Below, piece by piece: positions 52,708 to 56,063 of a DNA stretch of 56,063 bases (its first letter is position 1; each line of letters starts with the position of its first letter). The notes below the pieces were generated by a model. It had not been told where the DNA came from. It made no database searches and was given only the letters and a program-made list of their open reading frames with translations. The DNA comes from a virus. Its lineage: Duplodnaviria > Caudoviricetes. The position numbers and the translations under genes are program-made. The stretch spans positions 1 through 56,063 of the IMG/VR virus record IMGVR_UViG_3300025875_000029. One strand, given 5' to 3'.

Positions 52708-55700
52708 ATGAACCGGGTGCTCCAGGTCCTCCTGACCGGTAACGCGACGAGTCTGCGCTCGACGCTCGCCGGAGCCACCCGGGACATCGACAACTTCGAA
52801 CGGCGGGCGACCCGGTCCAACGCTGAGGTCGCCCGCACCTCGACCCTCGCCAAGGCCGGGATCGTCGGCCTGGCGACCGGCGCAGCTGCACTGGTCGGGG
52901 CCTACGGGCTGGCGGTCAGCAAGGCCGCCCAGTTCGACAAGGCGATGTCGGCCGCCGCCTCCGCCACCCAGACCGCCGGGGCGGAGCTGAACACGCTCCG
53001 CGAGGCCGCCATGAAGGCCGGGGCGGACTCGCAGTATTCCGCCAGTGAGGCCGCCGAGGCGATCACCGAGATGGGCAAGGCCGGGGTATCGTCGGCCGAC
53101 ATCCTGGGTGGCGGTCTGAAGGGCGCGTTGAACCTGGCGGCGGCCGGACAGATCGACGTCGCCGAGGCAGCTGGGCTGTCCAGCATCGCGATGACCCAGT
53201 TCAACCTGGCGGGCAAGGACCTCCCGCACGTGGCGGACCTGCTGGCCGCCGGTGCGGGCAAGGCGATGGGCTCGGTCGGGGACCTCGGCGCGGCGCTGGG
53301 GCAGGCCGGTCTGCTCGCCAGCTCCGCCGGGATGAACATCGAGGAGACCACCGGCACCCTGCCGGCGTTCGCCTCCGCCGGGTTGATCGGCTCCGACGCC
53401 GGTACCTCGCTGAAGACGATGCTGCAGATGCTGCAGGCACCGACCGACAAGGCCCAGAAGCTGATGGACAGCCTGGGTCTGGAGGTCTACGACGCCAACG
53501 GCGAGATGCTGGGCATGGACCAGATCGCCGGGAACCTGCAGTCCACCATGGGTGGGATGACCGACGAGCAGCGGAACGCCGCCATGGCGGTCATCTTCGG
53601 TGCCGACGCGGTCCGCGCGGCGAACGTGCTGTACAAGGAGGGCCAGTCCGGGATCGCAGGCTGGACCACCGCAGTCAACGACCAGGGCTACGCGGCCAAG
53701 ACCGCCGCCGAACTGACCGACAACCTCGCCGGTGACCTGGAGCGGCTGGGTGGGTCGTTCGACACGCTGCTGATCCGGATCGGTTCCGGGGCGCAGGGCC
53801 CGCTGCGGGCGATGGTGCAGGGCCTGACCGGGATCCTGGACGGCGCCGGGTCCGCCGTCGAGAAGCTGGGCGAGTTCGACGGGCTGGACCCGCTGCTGGA
53901 CGGCACGGCCGACGCACTCGGCAACATCTGGGAGATTGCGGTAGCGCTGGCTGGGGCGGTCGCCCCGGTGGTCGGCGGGATGGCCCAGATCGGCGGCACG
54001 GTGATCGTCGGCGGGTTGACGGTCCTGGCCCAGGCGCTGGGCTCGGTCACGGGTTTCCTGGCGGAGAACGAAGACCTGACGCTCGCCCTGGCGGCGGCGT
54101 TCACGTTCCAGCTGCTGGGCGGAGTCGCCGGGGTCCAGCGCGCGTTCTGGCAGCTGATCGGGACGCCCGTCGTCCTGTTCCTCTCGAACACGCTGGGCGC
54201 GATGGCCACTCTGCAGGCCACGATGTCCGGCGGGTTCGTCGCGGCTGCAGGGGCGGCACGGGCGGCCCTCGGGGCGCTGCTGGCCACTGCTGCGCCGTTC
54301 GTGGCGGTGGCGGCCATCGCGGTCGCGGTCAAGGCGATCCTGGACGCGGACAACGCGGCGCAGGACGCGCGAGGTTCGATCGAGAAGCTGCTGGAGCCGG
54401 TGAACGACGCCGAGACCAACGGCGAACGGATCTCGGCCCAGGCGACCGCCATCGAGGGCCTGCGGGACCAGGCGAAGATGGCGCAGGGTGAACTGGAGGA
54501 CTACGAGGGCCGGTCGACGCTCCAGAAGATCTGGGAGTTCGGGCAGTCGGACGACCCGGCGGCGGCGCTGAAGGAAGCCGTGGCGGCGAGCAACAGCGAG
54601 CTGGAGAAGATGGAGGCGGCGGCCACCCGGACCCAGACCAACATCCAAGCGCTGGGCGGCCAGTTCGGGATCACCCAGGAGCAGGTGCTGGCGTTCGCCG
54701 ACGCGAACGGGATCGACCTTTCCGGATCGCTGGACAAGACCCAGTGGAACTTCATCCGGCTGGCGGAGGTCACCGGGGCGTTCGCCGGTCAGATGGGCGT
54801 GCTGCCCGGGGCGATCGACGCCACCACCGGGTCGCTGGCGCTGATCGGCGACGCCACGGAGATGACCCAGGCCCAGATCGTGGAGGCGACCGAGGCGATC
54901 ACCGCCTGGCGGGAGGAGCTGGCGAAGGTCGGCTCGTCGTTCGTCGAGCCGCTGGAGATCTACAAGGGCCTGCTGGACGAGAAGACCGCCAAGGAGCAGG
55001 AGGCGGCCCAGGCCACGGCCGACTCGACCGCCGACGCCTCCGACTCCTGGGAGGACTACGTCGGCGACGTCACGGTCTCCCTGGACGAGATGGCGACCAA
55101 GCTCGAAGAGCAGATCGCGAACCAGGAGAACTGGCGCGCAAACATCCTGGCGGTCACCCAGCGTGGCGGCCTGGAGGTCGGGCAGACGCTGGCGGCGATG
55201 GGCAGGGAGGGCGCGGACATCACCGCTGCGATGGCCGACGCCACCGACGCGGAGTTCAACCGCATGGCGGCGGCGCTGATCGAGGACGCCCACCTCGGCG
55301 GGGCCGGGGCGGCGGCGGAGCTGGACACCCAGATGCGGATCATGGCCGCCATCGGGGCGGCCCAGGGTAAGGCGACAGCGGAGGGGATCGCCAAGGAACT
55401 CGGCATCGGGGTAGATGTCGTGAAGAAGATCGCGTCGGACTACGGCGTGGCGCTGGCCGAGGGCGTGAACCCGGTCCTGTCGGGGGTCGGCAAGGCCCCT
55501 ATCTCGATCGGCAACGGCCAGTTCCGGACCTCCGGCGGCGCTATCCAGATGGCCCAGGGTGGTCTGCTCGGTGGTCGTGAGTCGCACGTGGCGCAGATCG
55601 CCAAGGCCGGGGCGTGGCGGGTCTGGGCCGAGGACGAGACCGGTGGGGAGTCCTACATCCCACTGCACCCGCGCAAGCGGGCCCGGTCGCTGGACATCTG

Positions 55701-56063
55701 GCGCGAGACCGGTAAGCGGCTGAAGGCCCCGGAGGTCGGGTTTTACGCCCAGGGCTCGATCGTGGACATGGGCCACCGGCTGCAGGCGATGGGCGGGAAG
55801 GTCGCGGAGCACCCGGCGTTCCCGCCGCTGAGTATGACCGGGCACGGCAAGACCAGCCTCCACTACACCGGACATGCGATCGACGTGAACACCCGGCCCG
55901 GTACCTCGTCGTTGGAGCAGCAGGAGCTGGCTCCGATGGCGGCGCTCGCCCGCCAGCTGGGGTTCCGGACGATCTTCATGGCCCCGGACCACTACAACCA
56001 CCTTCACGTGGACGACGGCGGTTCCGGCAGCATCGGCGGTAACCCGGTGGCGGCAGTCATGCC
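52708..56063 (+). CDS. Tape measure protein (3'-truncated) with embedded M15-like peptidase
   Basis: FDKAMS...YSASEAA..LG.AG, GSDAGTSLKTML, DNLAGDLERL, WAEDETGGESYIPL; SLHYTGHAID...HYNHLHV near the end. Confidence 0.92.
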   Translation, partial: MNRVLQVLLTGNATSLRSTLAGATRDIDNFERRATRSNAEVARTSTLAKAGIVGLATGAAALVGAYGLAVSKAAQFDKAMSAAASATQTAGAELNTLREAAMKAGADSQYSASEAAEAITEMGKAGVSSADILGGGLKGALNLAAAGQIDVAEAAGLSSIAMTQFNLAGKDLPHVADLLAAGAGKAMGSVGDLGAALGQAGLLASSAGMNIEETTGTLPAFASAGLIGSDAGTSLKTMLQMLQAPTDKAQKLMDSLGLEVYDANGEMLGMDQIAGNLQSTMGGMTDEQRNAAMAVIFGADAVRAANVLYKEGQSGIAGWTTAVNDQGYAAKTAAELTDNLAGDLERLGGSFDTLLIRIGSGAQGPLRAMVQGLTGILDGAGSAVEKLGEFDGLDPLLDGTADALGNIWEIAVALAGAVAPVVGGMAQIGGTVIVGGLTVLAQALGSVTGFLAENEDLTLALAAAFTFQLLGGVAGVQRAFWQLIGTPVVLFLSNTLGAMATLQATMSGGFVAAAGAARAALGALLATAAPFVAVAAIAVAVKAILDADNAAQDARGSIEKLLEPVNDAETNGERISAQATAIEGLRDQAKMAQGELEDYEGRSTLQKIWEFGQSDDPAAALKEAVAASNSELEKMEAAATRTQTNIQALGGQFGITQEQVLAFADANGIDLSGSLDKTQWNFIRLAEVTGAFAGQMGVLPGAIDATTGSLALIGDATEMTQAQIVEATEAITAWREELAKVGSSFVEPLEIYKGLLDEKTAKEQEAAQATADSTADASDSWEDYVGDVTVSLDEMATKLEEQIANQENWRANILAVTQRGGLEVGQTLAAMGREGADITAAMADATDAEFNRMAAALIEDAHLGGAGAAAELDTQMRIMAAIGAAQGKATAEGIAKELGIGVDVVKKIASDYGVALAEGVNPVLSGVGKAPISIGNGQFRTSGGAIQMAQGGLLGGRESHVAQIAKAGAWRVWAEDETGGESYIPLHPRKRARSLDIWRETGKRLKAPEVGFYAQGSIVDMGHRLQAMGGKVAEHPAFPPLSMTGHGKTSLHYTGHAIDVNTRPGTSSLEQQELAPMAALARQLGFRTIFMAPDHYNHLHVDDGGSGSIGGNPVAAVM

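Overview
A near-complete genome of a high-GC actinobacterial siphovirus. The window starts inside a tail-fibre/minor tail gene and ends inside the tape measure gene. Gene order: tail fibre, lysis cassette (M15 peptidase-LGFP endolysin and holins), small early genes, a reverse-strand XRE-HTH and SNF2-type helicase pair, then the replication block (PD-(D/E)XK exonuclease, AAA recombinase, SSB, Prim-Pol/helicase, putative ori, family A polymerase, RuvC). A 2-aminoadenine (Z-base) cluster follows (PurZ0-type synthetase, dATP/dGTP diphosphohydrolase, dUTPase). After it come an accessory adhesin/depolymerase module, terminase, a 4.4 kb accessory island, portal, scaffold, capsid, a MuF-ADP-ribosyltransferase fusion and the tail genes. 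No integrase, tRNA or CRISPR was seen. The main non-obvious signals are RNA-level. (1) Two type II hammerhead ribozymes each sit directly before a small secreted-protein gene, so one gene is bracketed by ribozymes. (2) A family of operator-containing promoters (TTGC-N7-GCAA, atypical TTNNNT -10) often starts transcripts with a covarying GGAGCA-loop hairpin. (3) A promoter-driven rod-shaped sRNA candidate displays the exact complement UGCUCC. All calls are by eye from sequence motifs; no database searches were run.
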